A stretch of DNA of 32,000 bases from Ktedonobacterales bacterium. Lineage in GTDB: Bacteria > Chloroflexota > Ktedonobacteria > Ktedonobacterales > JADMIN01. Under the pieces are notes generated by a model. It did no database searches and was not told the DNA's origin. It was given only the letters and a program-made list of their open reading frames with translations. Both the position numbers and the translations under genes were made by a program. Location of the stretch: NCBI GenBank assembly GCA_030167145.1, contig CP126532.1:4170001-4202000 (forward strand). Reading direction: 5' to 3'. Of the stretch, positions 17,449 through 25,841 are shown in pieces (within the stretch, counting starts at the first letter, position 1; each line of letters opens with the position of its first letter).

Positions 17449-18141
17449 ATGACTGCACGAGCACATATTCTGGTGGTGGACGATGATCGCCGCATTACGG
17501 AGTTGCTGCGACGCACGCTGGCCTATGAAGGCTACAGCGTCGAGGTAGCGCGGCGCGGGGATGAGGCGCTGCGCATGGCAATGGAGCGCGCGCCCGATCT
17601 GGTGGTACTCGACATTATGATGCCGGGTCTGGATGGGCTGGAGGTGTGCCGCAGGCTGCGCGCTGCGGGAAATCAGATGCCGATTCTGCTGCTGACCGCG
17701 CGTGATTCGGTGCCAGATCGGGTGCTGGGCCTGGACACCGGCGCCGATGACTATCTGGTGAAACCATTCGAATCCGAGGAGTTTCTGGCACGGGCACGAG
17801 CGCTGCTGCGGCGGCATAATCCCGATCAGCCCGAGGTGTTGCGCTTCGCCGACCTGGAACTGGATACCGGTACACGCATTGCCCGCCGTGGCGCGCGTGA
17901 GTTCAACCTCTCGACGACGGAATACGAGTTGCTCCAGTTGTTTCTGCGGCGTCCACGACAGGTGGTGACGCGCGACATCATCATGGAGCGTGTCTGGGGC
18001 TACGACTTCGAAGGCGAATCCAACGTGCTCGATGTCTATATCGGCTACCTGCGGAATAAGATGGAGGCGCAGAGCGAGCCGCGTTTGTTGCATACGGTGC
18101 GGGGCGCGGGCTATGTATTGCGCGAAAAGTCCGAGGGGTAA
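17449..18141 (+). CDS. OmpR/PhoB-family response regulator
   Basis: The receiver domain has [21 protein letters not shown] and DDYLVKPF. The winged-helix output has [11 protein letters not shown]. The RBS is GAAGGA. Confidence 0.95.
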   Translation: MTARAHILVVDDDRRITELLRRTLAYEGYSVEVARRGDEALRMAMERAPDLVVLDIMMPGLDGLEVCRRLRAAGNQMPILLLTARDSVPDRVLGLDTGADDYLVKPFESEEFLARARALLRRHNPDQPEVLRFADLELDTGTRIARRGAREFNLSTTEYELLQLFLRRPRQVVTRDIIMERVWGYDFEGESNVLDVYIGYLRNKMEAQSEPRLLHTVRGAGYVLREKSEG

Positions 18142-18167
18142 GTCCTGGGGGATAAAGGCGGGTAAAT

Positions 18168-20099
18168 ATGCTTGCGCGGCGGCTCTTCGATTCGATCTCG
18201 ATCCGGCTGCGGCTGGCGCTCTGGTACGCGCTGCTGGTCAGCGTCACACTGACGCTGTTTAGCGTGATCGTGCTGGCGGTGGCGCAGTATCAGCTTGAGA
18301 ACAGTGTGGACCAGACGTTGCAGAGCCGCGCCCAGTTGATTGCCCACACGCTGGAAGGCGAGTTACTCACCGCTTCGACCTCTCTGGAGACGCCAACACC
18401 CGAACCAACCCCGACAGAGGCTCCCACTGCGACGGCCAACGCTTCGCCCTCGGCGACGAGCGCCACCACGCCAGGGGAAGCCACGCCGACAGCCACCACC
18501 GCGCCGACACCAGTGCCAACGCCCGATCCCACCCAAAGCAAGAAAATCCAGCAGCAATTGTTGCTTAGCTCAGCCTCGCGCGATTTGCTTGGCAAGCTGG
18601 ACCTGACATTTGAGGTGCTCAAGGCAAATGGGGCCATCGCCTATTATGCGCCGAATATCGCCAGCACCGGACTACCACTCGACCAGACAACCGTGCGTGG
18701 AGCGCTCAATAGTGGGATCTGCGGCGCGTATACGCGCTCGCAAGGCTCGTCGCTGCTACGGATCTATGTATATCCGATTTTACTTCCGCCGGTGAATGCC
18801 TCCGACCAGGGGACATCCGTCAACTTCAATCAGATGACGTGCGCGGGCACAACCGACCACCCTGTGCTGGGGGCCGTGCTGGTGGCCAAGACCATAGACG
18901 ACGTGAATAGCACGCTGGGCACGCTACGTCAACTGTTCATCGTGGCGGTGATCATTGCCGTTGTGCTGACATCGTTGGGGAGCTGGTTGATCGTCGGCAA
19001 TGGCTTGCGTCCGATTGCGCGGGTCACACGCACGGCAAACGCAATTGCGGCGAATGCGCATGCGGCGGGCCTGGGCCGGCGGGTGGGCTATAGTGGTCCG
19101 CGTGATGAGGTAGGAGAACTGGCGGAAACGTTCGATCAGATGCTAGCCGCGCTGGAACAGGTGGCCAATGCGCAACGCCGGTTCGTCGCGGATGCGTCGC
19201 ACGAGTTGCGCGCGCCACTCACGACAATCAAGGGCAGCCTGGAACTGCTACGCCGTGCGCCTGATCTGCCGATGGAGGAGCGCAGAGCGGCACTCGAAGA
19301 CGCCTACATGGAAGCCGAACGCATGGCGACACTGGTGAATGATCTGCTGCTGCTGGCCCGCGCGGACGCGGCGGCGGCGAGTGTTGGTGGCGCCGAGAAA
19401 GTCATTCTGGACGACCAGATGCGTGGGCGGCGGGAATTGGTGGAACTCGATCAGCTTGCCCTGGACATCTTCCGCTATGGACGGCGGCAACTGGAAGCGC
19501 GGCACAAGGGTTCGCAGCGCAGGCTGAACATCGTAGACCTTGAGCCGGTAGCGACGATGGCGGACCCCGGTCAGTTGCGCCAGGTGATGTTAATCTTGCT
19601 CGACAACGCGATCAAATATACGCCGCCCAACGGCCAGATTCAGATCTCGGTGAAACAGCAGGGGAACCGTGGAGCGATTACGATTCACGATAACGGTATC
19701 GGCATCGCGCCAGAGGTGCTGCCACGCATTTTCGATCGCTTCTATCGTGGCGAGCAGGCGCGCGAGCACGATGAGCATGGCAGTGGCCTAGGGCTGGCTA
19801 TCGCCAAGTGGATCGTGGACGCGCATAAAGGCTCAGTGCAGGTCGAGAGCAAGGAAGGCAGAGGAACTACCTTCACGGTGCTGTTGCCGGCAGTCAAACA
19901 TCCAGGCGAACATAGCAGCGCACGACATCCCGTGATAGTGCGTCCGCGCCGCCCGCGCGAGGTGGTGGCAGAGGCGCTGGCGCGCTGGACTGGCTCGGCT
20001 TCGCGCCCCCACCCGAAGTCATCCGCCGCGAAGTCATCCGCCGCGCACACGTCGCATCGCTGGACCACGACACGCGACCGCGACACAGGCAAGGGATAG
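18168..20099 (+). CDS. Sensor histidine kinase (2 TM, extracytoplasmic domain, HAMP, HisKA, HATPase_c)
   Basis: H-box FVADASHELRAPLTTI, N-box LLDNAIKYTP, G1 HDNGIGI and G2 GSGLGLAIA. It has a Pro/Thr-rich segment (aa 71-122) after TM1 and a basic ~70-aa C-terminal tail. Confidence 0.9.
   Translation: MLARRLFDSISIRLRLALWYALLVSVTLTLFSVIVLAVAQYQLENSVDQTLQSRAQLIAHTLEGELLTASTSLETPTPEPTPTEAPTATANASPSATSATTPGEATPTATTAPTPVPTPDPTQSKKIQQQLLLSSASRDLLGKLDLTFEVLKANGAIAYYAPNIASTGLPLDQTTVRGALNSGICGAYTRSQGSSLLRIYVYPILLPPVNASDQGTSVNFNQMTCAGTTDHPVLGAVLVAKTIDDVNSTLGTLRQLFIVAVIIAVVLTSLGSWLIVGNGLRPIARVTRTANAIAANAHAAGLGRRVGYSGPRDEVGELAETFDQMLAALEQVANAQRRFVADASHELRAPLTTIKGSLELLRRAPDLPMEERRAALEDAYMEAERMATLVNDLLLLARADAAAASVGGAEKVILDDQMRGRRELVELDQLALDIFRYGRRQLEARHKGSQRRLNIVDLEPVATMADPGQLRQVMLILLDNAIKYTPPNGQIQISVKQQGNRGAITIHDNGIGIAPEVLPRIFDRFYRGEQAREHDEHGSGLGLAIAKWIVDAHKGSVQVESKEGRGTTFTVLLPAVKHPGEHSSARHPVIVRPRRPREVVAEALARWTGSASRPHPKSSAAKSSAAHTSHRWTTTRDRDTGKG
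20015..20044 (+). repeat. Perfect 15-bp tandem duplication inside the kinase tail
   Basis: GAAGTCATCCGCCGC occurs twice back to back and encodes KSSAA-KSSAA. Confidence 0.9.
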
Positions 20100-20136
20100 A
20101 TTGCGATAGATAGCATAGATGCGGCGGGCCAGAGTG

Positions 20137-20526
20137 TCACATGCACGCAAGGTGGATGGTGCGCTGACGCGGGCCATCTAGCTCGACCAGGATCACGCGC
20201 TGCCACGTCCCCAGCAGGAGTTGATGCCGCGCAAACGGGATAGCCACAGACGGACCTATCAGAGTAGAGAGGATGTGGTCGGGCGTGTGCGTAGGATCGT
20301 GCGGATGCCGGTACGACACATGTGGTAGCAGGTGACGCAGCGCTGCGAGTAGATCGAGGTCAGTGCCGGGGTCGAGGTCGGCGGTGGTCAGCGCACACGT
20401 GGTGTGTGCGGCGAAGGCGACACAGATGCCGTTCTCCTGTTCTTCGCGCTGCAGAAAGCTTTCTATGGTGTCGGTGATGTCAAGCACCTGATCTTTGCGA
20501 GTGGTGGCGACGGTGATCGTTTCCAT
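20137..20526 (-). CDS. yjbQ: YjbQ/UPF0047 family protein (secondary thiamine-phosphate synthase family)
   Basis: 129 aa with motifs AHTTCALT, HPHDPTHTPDHILS and LGTWQRVILVELDGPR. Confidence 0.85.
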   Translation of the reverse strand: METITVATTRKDQVLDITDTIESFLQREEQENGICVAFAAHTTCALTTADLDPGTDLDLLAALRHLLPHVSYRHPHDPTHTPDHILSTLIGPSVAIPFARHQLLLGTWQRVILVELDGPRQRTIHLACM

Positions 20527-20669
20527 AGGTATCTCCTAATCGCTGCTCTATGACGCGGATAGGTAAGTTGCCTGGCGCGCAGAAAGTACCGCGCATTTGG
20601 AGTGCCGCTGCTCTTGCTCTAGACTACACGCGAAAAGCCGGTGTGTGGCAAGGTTGAGAGGAGCGCGGC

Positions 20670-21701
20670 ATGCGCGGATGGAACGGACGGCGCACGCGGT
20701 GGGCCACGATAGCTGCTCTGACGGGATTACTGACGCTGATGGGCTGCGGCAGCGGCAGCACGTCCACGGCGCAACCCGCGCGACCAGTGCTGGCACGACC
20801 ATCGCAACTCACCGCCTATTCGATCTTTGTGACCGACCTGGCGACAGGTGATGTGAATCAGCTTGGCGTGGCGACCTACCACCTCTCGCTAAGTGTGCAT
20901 GGGCTGGGACTCTCGCCGGATGGGCATACGGTCTATATCAGCGACATCAGCGACGACGAATTGATTGCCATGACCTTCACCAATGGGAAACTGACCCATG
21001 AGCGCACTGTGCGGGTGGGCGACCAGCCGGTACATATGGCGCAGACGCCCGATGGCAAATTGATCTTCGTCACCGATTTCGCGAGCAAGGCTGTTTCGGT
21101 GGTGGACGCGACGACCTGGACGCATGTAAAAGATATCGCCGTGCCCGCGAATCCGCATGCCATTGTCCTCTCGCCCGATGGGCGCTGGGCCTATGTTTCG
21201 TGTTTCGGCGGCGCGGCCATCGCGGTGATTGACACGCAGGCGCAGACGCTGGCGGCTACGATTGCCATGCCCAGCCCATCACAACCTTATGGTATCGCGA
21301 TCAGCCCCGATGGGCGCTATCTCTACGCCAGCGACAATCTTCTGGGGCGGCTGCTCGTGGTGGATACCGCGTCGCGGCGGTATCTGCGCTCGGTGCCGAT
21401 TGGCGTGAAGCCCGCGCTGATTGCGCGGTCCCCTGATGGCAAAACGCTCTACGTCACCAATGGCGCGTCGCATACGGTCAGCGTGGTAGATATTGGCGCG
21501 GACGCCGCGCAGCCAACTATGCGCGCCAATATCACGGTGGATGGCTATCCGCATGGCATCGCGGTCACGCCGGATGGGCGCTACGTGGTGGTGGCGGGCA
21601 CCAGTGGGCGCAGCCTGAGCGTGATTGACGCGCAGACGAATACCGTGATCGCGACGATTCCGGCTGAGAATGATCCCAACGATGTGCTCATCCCCGCGTA
21701 G
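20670..21701 (+). CDS. YVTN/YncE-like beta-propeller repeat lipoprotein
   Basis: The signal/lipobox is LLTLMGCGSG. Repeated ~40-aa units carry SPDG(R/K/H)xxYV... with V(V/I)D motifs. The RBS is GAGAGGAG. Confidence 0.85.
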   Translation: MRGWNGRRTRWATIAALTGLLTLMGCGSGSTSTAQPARPVLARPSQLTAYSIFVTDLATGDVNQLGVATYHLSLSVHGLGLSPDGHTVYISDISDDELIAMTFTNGKLTHERTVRVGDQPVHMAQTPDGKLIFVTDFASKAVSVVDATTWTHVKDIAVPANPHAIVLSPDGRWAYVSCFGGAAIAVIDTQAQTLAATIAMPSPSQPYGIAISPDGRYLYASDNLLGRLLVVDTASRRYLRSVPIGVKPALIARSPDGKTLYVTNGASHTVSVVDIGADAAQPTMRANITVDGYPHGIAVTPDGRYVVVAGTSGRSLSVIDAQTNTVIATIPAENDPNDVLIPA

Positions 21702-21709
21702 TGCGCTGA

Positions 21710-21750
21710 GGGCTGGCCCGTTCCATTGGGCAGGTCAGCCCCTAGTCTTT
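21710..21750 (+). terminator. Weak terminator-like hairpin after the beta-propeller gene
   Basis: GGGCTGGCC (21710-21718) pairs with GGTCAGCCC (21733-21741), giving 9 bp with one G-U. It is followed by CTAGTCTTTC, which is a poor U-tract. Confidence 0.3.
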
Positions 21751-21846
21751 CGGCCAGACACCAAGCACAGCATTACTGCTACAATACCAGAGATGACCAT
21801 CTCATCAGCACACTTCTACTAAACGCGTACAGGAGACAGCATAATC

Positions 21847-22248
21847 ATGCCAAGCGACTACAATCAGGCGGTCATTGAAAAGTTTCGAGCCAATGGTGGC
21901 GAGGTTGGTGGCCCCAACCGATTACTACTGCTGACAACTACCGGCGCCAAAAGCGGCCAGCCACGTATAACCCCAGTTGCCTATTCGACCGATGGCGCCC
22001 ATCTCGTCATCATCGCCTCTAAAGGCGGCGCGCCCACAAATCCCGATTGGTATTACAATTTGCTGGCCAATCCGCTTGTAACCGTGGAGTTGGGCACTGA
22101 GCGATTTCAAGCCCGCGCGACTGTGGCGGAAGGGCAGGAACGCGAGCGGCTCTACGCGCAACACGCCGCGCTGATGCCAGGGTTCGCGGAATATCAGCGC
22201 AAGACGACACGGCAGATTCCCGTCGTGCTATTGGATCGAGTGGAGTGA
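21847..22248 (+). CDS. Nitroreductase-family deazaflavin (F420)-dependent oxidoreductase (Ddn-like)
   Basis: 133 aa with motifs LLLLTTTGAKSGQPRITPV, GGAPTNPDWYYNL and RQIPVV. An extended -10-like TGcTACAAT lies at 21777-21785 upstream. Confidence 0.85.
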   Translation: MPSDYNQAVIEKFRANGGEVGGPNRLLLLTTTGAKSGQPRITPVAYSTDGAHLVIIASKGGAPTNPDWYYNLLANPLVTVELGTERFQARATVAEGQERERLYAQHAALMPGFAEYQRKTTRQIPVVLLDRVE

Positions 22249-22385
22249 GGCGGTATCCTCGATGCCATCGTGTCTTTTGCCCATCTTTCGGCGTAGAACG
22301 ACGTAGAGGCCCATATTCCGTATACATGATTATAGACAGATGGGCCTACACGGCGAGGAAGATACAACCACAAGAACTTGCAAGA

Positions 22386-22427
22386 CGCAAAAGAAACGGC
22401 GCGACTCCCGATAACGGGAATCGCGCC
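22386..22427 (-). terminator. Rho-independent terminator of the YceI-family gene
   Basis: The hairpin GGCGCGA-c-TCCCG-ATAA-CGGGA-a-TCGCGCC lies at 22398-22427. On the minus strand it is followed by GTTTCTTTTGCG. Confidence 0.65.
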
Positions 22428-22461
22428 TTGTGCTAGTTGCGCGCGGAGTGCAGACGCGCGG

Positions 22462-23022
22462 TTAGGCGCGGGTCGTTACCGTCGCCTCTGCGGTGACGGG
22501 GGCCGTCTCGACGAGTTCGACATCAATTCGGATGTTCACCTTGTCGCTGACGAGGACACCGCCTGTTTCAAGGGCGACATTCCAATTGAGGCCGAAGTCC
22601 TTGCGGCTAATAGCGGTATGCGCCGAGAAGCCCGCGCGGCGGTTGCCCTGCATATCTTTTGACTGGCCCTCAAGGGTGACATCCAGCGGCAATTCGCGTG
22701 TGACGCCGCGCATGGTTAGCTCGCCCAGCAGGCGGAATGTGTCATCGCCCTTCAGTTCGATGCCAGTGCTCTTATAGGTGATTTCGGGGTACTTCTCGAC
22801 CTCGAAGAAGTCAGCAGTGCGCAGATGGCCGTCGCGGTTGGCATCGCCGGTGTGTATGCTGGTAGGGTCAATAGTGACCGTGATGCGTGAGTTTTCGGGG
22901 TGCGCTTCATCGGCGACAATGTCGCCAGTAAAGGCGGTGAAGTGTCCACGAACGGTGGAGACCATCATGTGCTTGACCGAGAATTCGATCTGTGTGTGCT
23001 TTGTATCCAACTGCCAGGCCAT
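22462..23022 (-). CDS. yceI: YceI-family polyisoprenoid-binding protein
   Basis: MAWQLDTKHTQIEFSVKHMMVSTVRGHF and GELTMRGVTRELPLDV are typical YceI sequence. The ATG at 23022 is preceded by AGAGGAAA. The track start at 23076 is rejected. Confidence 0.9.
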   Translation of the reverse strand: MAWQLDTKHTQIEFSVKHMMVSTVRGHFTAFTGDIVADEAHPENSRITVTIDPTSIHTGDANRDGHLRTADFFEVEKYPEITYKSTGIELKGDDTFRLLGELTMRGVTRELPLDVTLEGQSKDMQGNRRAGFSAHTAISRKDFGLNWNVALETGGVLVSDKVNIRIDVELVETAPVTAEATVTTRA

Positions 23023-23103
23023 CGTAACGTTTCCTCTTTCGCTGCTTTGCCAGCCGATATGCTGGCAAAATCCCATACTTCACTTTGTGAAGCTTCTGAA
23101 GTC

Positions 23104-23132
23104 AGTATAGCACTAAACCATTTTGTTGTCAA
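23104..23132 (-). promoter_or_regulatory. Near-consensus sigma70-type promoter of the YceI-family gene
   Basis: Minus strand: -35 TTGACA (23132-23127), 17-nt spacer, -10 TATACT (23109-23104). The ~75-nt leader contains two hairpins, one of them TTGCCAGC/GCTGGCAA. Confidence 0.55.
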
Positions 23133-23259
23133 GAGGTGGGGAGAAATTCGTACAAGATTTGATAGAGAGCCAGAATTCGACGCAACTCATGCGGTCTGAA
23201 GGGCGTATAGCTTCGGCAGGTTCGCTTCCTTGCGTCCCTGTCGCCATGATACTTGAGTC

Positions 23260-24378
23260 TTACGAGTGCTCGGCCTGATGCAGCAGCGCCTCGAAGGCAG
23301 GAGTGGTGAGGCGCACAACGTTGGTGTTGTTGCCATTGCTGCCATAGAAGGTGACAGTGCCGCATGCGCCCTCATCAATGATGGCCGTCAGCAGCGTGAT
23401 GCTGCCCTTCAGAAAGGTCAGCCCGTAGACGGTTCCGCTCGTCGGCGTGCAGGAGAAATTCGCCTGGCGCGGTGGCAGGGCGTAGACGGTGTCGTACAGC
23501 TCCCGCAACAGGTCGGGCGACGTGATATTCACCACCTGTGCGCTGGTTGTCTTGTCACTTAGCGCAGGCATGATCTTCAGGCCCGCCTGATCGGGCAGGG
23601 CCTTCGTCGCGGGAGCGCTGCTCAGCGCCTGCTCCAACAATTGCCAGAACGCGGCATCAGCCTGGCGTGTGCCGCCAGCGGCAAGAATCGCGATTACGTT
23701 CCCACCGAGAAGCATCGCCGTGCCGCAGCCGCTGCGGTCCGCTGTGGCCCGCATGACCTTATTCCCCACGTAGAACGCTAGCTCATAGCTCGGACCAGCG
23801 ATCAACGAACATCCTTGATTCTGCGGCAGTGGCGGCAGCGCCCGCAGGGCGTCATAGAGGCGCTGGGCGGTCACCGCTGACAGAACGCTGGTGAGCGTCG
23901 GTGGCTGATCTGGCGACACAAAACTGGCGATATCGAGCCGGTCAGGATGAACCGGCGGCGCGTTATCCACCACCGTCTGATCCAGGAGCTTCCAAAAAGC
24001 CGCGTTCGCCAGCCGCATATCCTCCGTGCCGAACGTGACCGTGCCGCAGCCGCCCTTATCGGCGACAGCCGTCGCGACTGTCGTGCCGCCTTCGCGAAAT
24101 GTCAGCTGATACTGTATGCCAGCCTGCAGCGTGCATGCCTGATCCTTCGGCATCACAGGCAGTGCGGCAGCGGCGGTATAGAGCGCCTGGGCGGTTTGGG
24201 GCTGCTGTACCGTAACAACCGTCTCTTCATCCGGCCCAAGCCCGCCGACGCTGATCTGCACTTCATCTGGGTGGGCGCTGGGCAGCGTGCCAGCGCGGCG
24301 AGCGGTGCTGCCACAGGCGACGCTGGCGAAGAGGATGGTGAGCAAAAAGGGAACGAAAAACCGGCGTGACCTCAGCAT
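23260..24378 (-). CDS. Lipoprotein composed of three tandem ~110-aa Cys-pair repeats, family not recognised
   Basis: The signal/lipobox is ILFASVACGS and the RBS is AAGGAG. Three repeats (aa ~37-137, 145-252, 262-368) share LY-x4-ALP-x2-P, C-x3-G-x2-Y-x-L-x-F, D-x2-G(A)CGT and FW/FE-x-LL-x-Q. Confidence 0.8.
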   Translation of the reverse strand: MLRSRRFFVPFLLTILFASVACGSTARRAGTLPSAHPDEVQISVGGLGPDEETVVTVQQPQTAQALYTAAAALPVMPKDQACTLQAGIQYQLTFREGGTTVATAVADKGGCGTVTFGTEDMRLANAAFWKLLDQTVVDNAPPVHPDRLDIASFVSPDQPPTLTSVLSAVTAQRLYDALRALPPLPQNQGCSLIAGPSYELAFYVGNKVMRATADRSGCGTAMLLGGNVIAILAAGGTRQADAAFWQLLEQALSSAPATKALPDQAGLKIMPALSDKTTSAQVVNITSPDLLRELYDTVYALPPRQANFSCTPTSGTVYGLTFLKGSITLLTAIIDEGACGTVTFYGSNGNNTNVVRLTTPAFEALLHQAEHS

Positions 24379-24626
24379 GGGGTGCGCTCCTTAGGTGGGC
24401 AGGTGATTGGTGTCGCTGAGGCCAGGACGGCAAGGTGCAGATGTTTGTTCCCGAATTGGCAGATGGTATGCCACAATACGCATCTACACCTACCCTACTG
24501 CCGCCATGTGCCATGCCAAGTAGGCGAGATACGTGGACGCTCTCGCGACGTGGAATCTAGTGACAGCGCTGGTTCGGTGTGATAGTATTGTCTAGGCCAT
24601 TTGTTCAGGTTTTCGACCAGTGAGGA

Positions 24627-25046
24627 ATGACGATGGAAGAACGACCACCCGCCCTCGATCCCAGCATGGTACAAGAATTCGTCGCCGTCGCGCACGGTGA
24701 CCTCAACCGCGTCGAAGAGTTGCTTGCGCAGGAGTCGCGGCTGGTGAACGCTGCGTGGGATTGGGGCGGCGGCGACTGGGAGACGGGGCTTGGCGCAGCC
24801 GCGCATATGGGCAACAAGGCTATCGCGCACTATCTGCTGGCGCACGGCGCGCGCCTGGATCTCTTCGCGGCGACGATGCTGGGTGAGTTAGAGATTGTCC
24901 AGGCGACGCTGCGCGCCTTCCCCGAAGCCTTGAGTGTTCGCGGGCCGCACGGTATCCCATTGGTTGAACATGCGCGCGTGGGCGGCGAAGAAGCGGCGGC
25001 GGTGCTGGCGATGCTGGAATCGCTGGAACGCGCGGGCCAACGGTAG
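24627..25046 (+). CDS. Ankyrin-repeat protein
   Basis: 139 aa. GDLNRVEELLAQ, TGLGAAAHMGNKAIAHYLLAHGARLD, AATMLGELEIV and GIPLVEHARVGG match ANK repeat helices. The start may instead be the second ATG at 24633, which has better spacing from GAGGA. Confidence 0.7.
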   Translation: MTMEERPPALDPSMVQEFVAVAHGDLNRVEELLAQESRLVNAAWDWGGGDWETGLGAAAHMGNKAIAHYLLAHGARLDLFAATMLGELEIVQATLRAFPEALSVRGPHGIPLVEHARVGGEEAAAVLAMLESLERAGQR

Positions 25047-25049
25047 CCG

Positions 25050-25574
25050 CTAATTTGAGGTTGCCGTGAAGAGCGAAGACATATCCGAGTGCTGCGCGTC
25101 AATGCGCCAGCCGCCGCTCTCGCGCACGAGCACTGCCGTGCCATCAGACTGCACCACATCGGAAGTGCTCGACGCGGCGGTGCCTATGCTCACTGGCACG
25201 CGCGTTGTATTGCCATTTACGTCGAGAAAGCCGAAGAACGTTGTCGTGGAACAAGAGGCAAGGTTAGCATCCTGGGCGTTCCGCTTGAGCTGATCTAGCG
25301 AAATCTGCTGTTGTGACTGCTTTGAGAGCAGGGCGTAAGCCTTTGTGTAGTCACCTTGCACCTCGGCAGTGCAAAACTCGGAGACAGCTTCATTCGCGCT
25401 AAACTGATCGCGTGCGTGAATAGCGGTATAGACGAGCGCCGCGACGATGACGAGCAACACAACAATGGCTATACCCTTGATGATCCGACGCGAAGACCCG
25501 CCTGAGTCGGATTGCCGTTGCGGAAGCGGCGCCAGCTTCGTCGCCACATTGAATTCTGGTTGATTTGTAGCCAC
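25050..25574 (-). CDS. Membrane-anchored hypothetical protein
   Basis: 174 aa with a GTG start preceded by GGAG. It has one TM helix (IAIVVLLVIVAALVY) followed by a ~125-aa domain with two Cys. I recognise no family. Confidence 0.65.
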   Translation of the reverse strand: MATNQPEFNVATKLAPLPQRQSDSGGSSRRIIKGIAIVVLLVIVAALVYTAIHARDQFSANEAVSEFCTAEVQGDYTKAYALLSKQSQQQISLDQLKRNAQDANLASCSTTTFFGFLDVNGNTTRVPVSIGTAASSTSDVVQSDGTAVLVRESGGWRIDAQHSDMSSLFTATSN

Positions 25575-25748
25575 TTGATACTCCGTTTTTCGCGCATCAG
25601 ATCTTCACAAAGACATGGCAACCAATCAACGAAATCACTGATTCTAAGCGGGTGGTTGCTGCTCTCCCAGTCAGCATACATTGCCAGTCAATAGCTGAGC
25701 AGTCAATGCCGCTGTTAGTCTGTTGTGTCATTCGCGTGTCCTGTCTAC

Positions 25749-25778
25749 TTGACGCGACCATGTGCATTCCGGCACAAT
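25749..25778 (+). promoter_or_regulatory. Putative promoter of the 25842 gene
   Basis: -35 TTGACG (25749-25754), 18-nt spacer, -10 CACAAT (25773-25778). It lies in a GC-poorer intergenic stretch. Confidence 0.35.
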
Positions 25779-25841
25779 GCCCGGCAAAGAGCACGTGCCC
25801 TCCTGGTATGTGGGAGATTGGGAGATGGGGAGTAGTGCGGC

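Noticed and set aside
17317-18093. 258-aa minus-strand ORF
   Set aside because: It is antisense to the well-supported response-regulator gene and has no motifs.
22300-22345. AT-rich patch with an AGGCCCAT...ATGGGCCT inverted repeat between convergent genes
   Set aside because: The 8-bp stem has a 25-nt loop and no U-tract. A much better terminator for the minus-strand gene lies at 22386-22427, so I cannot support a function for this patch.
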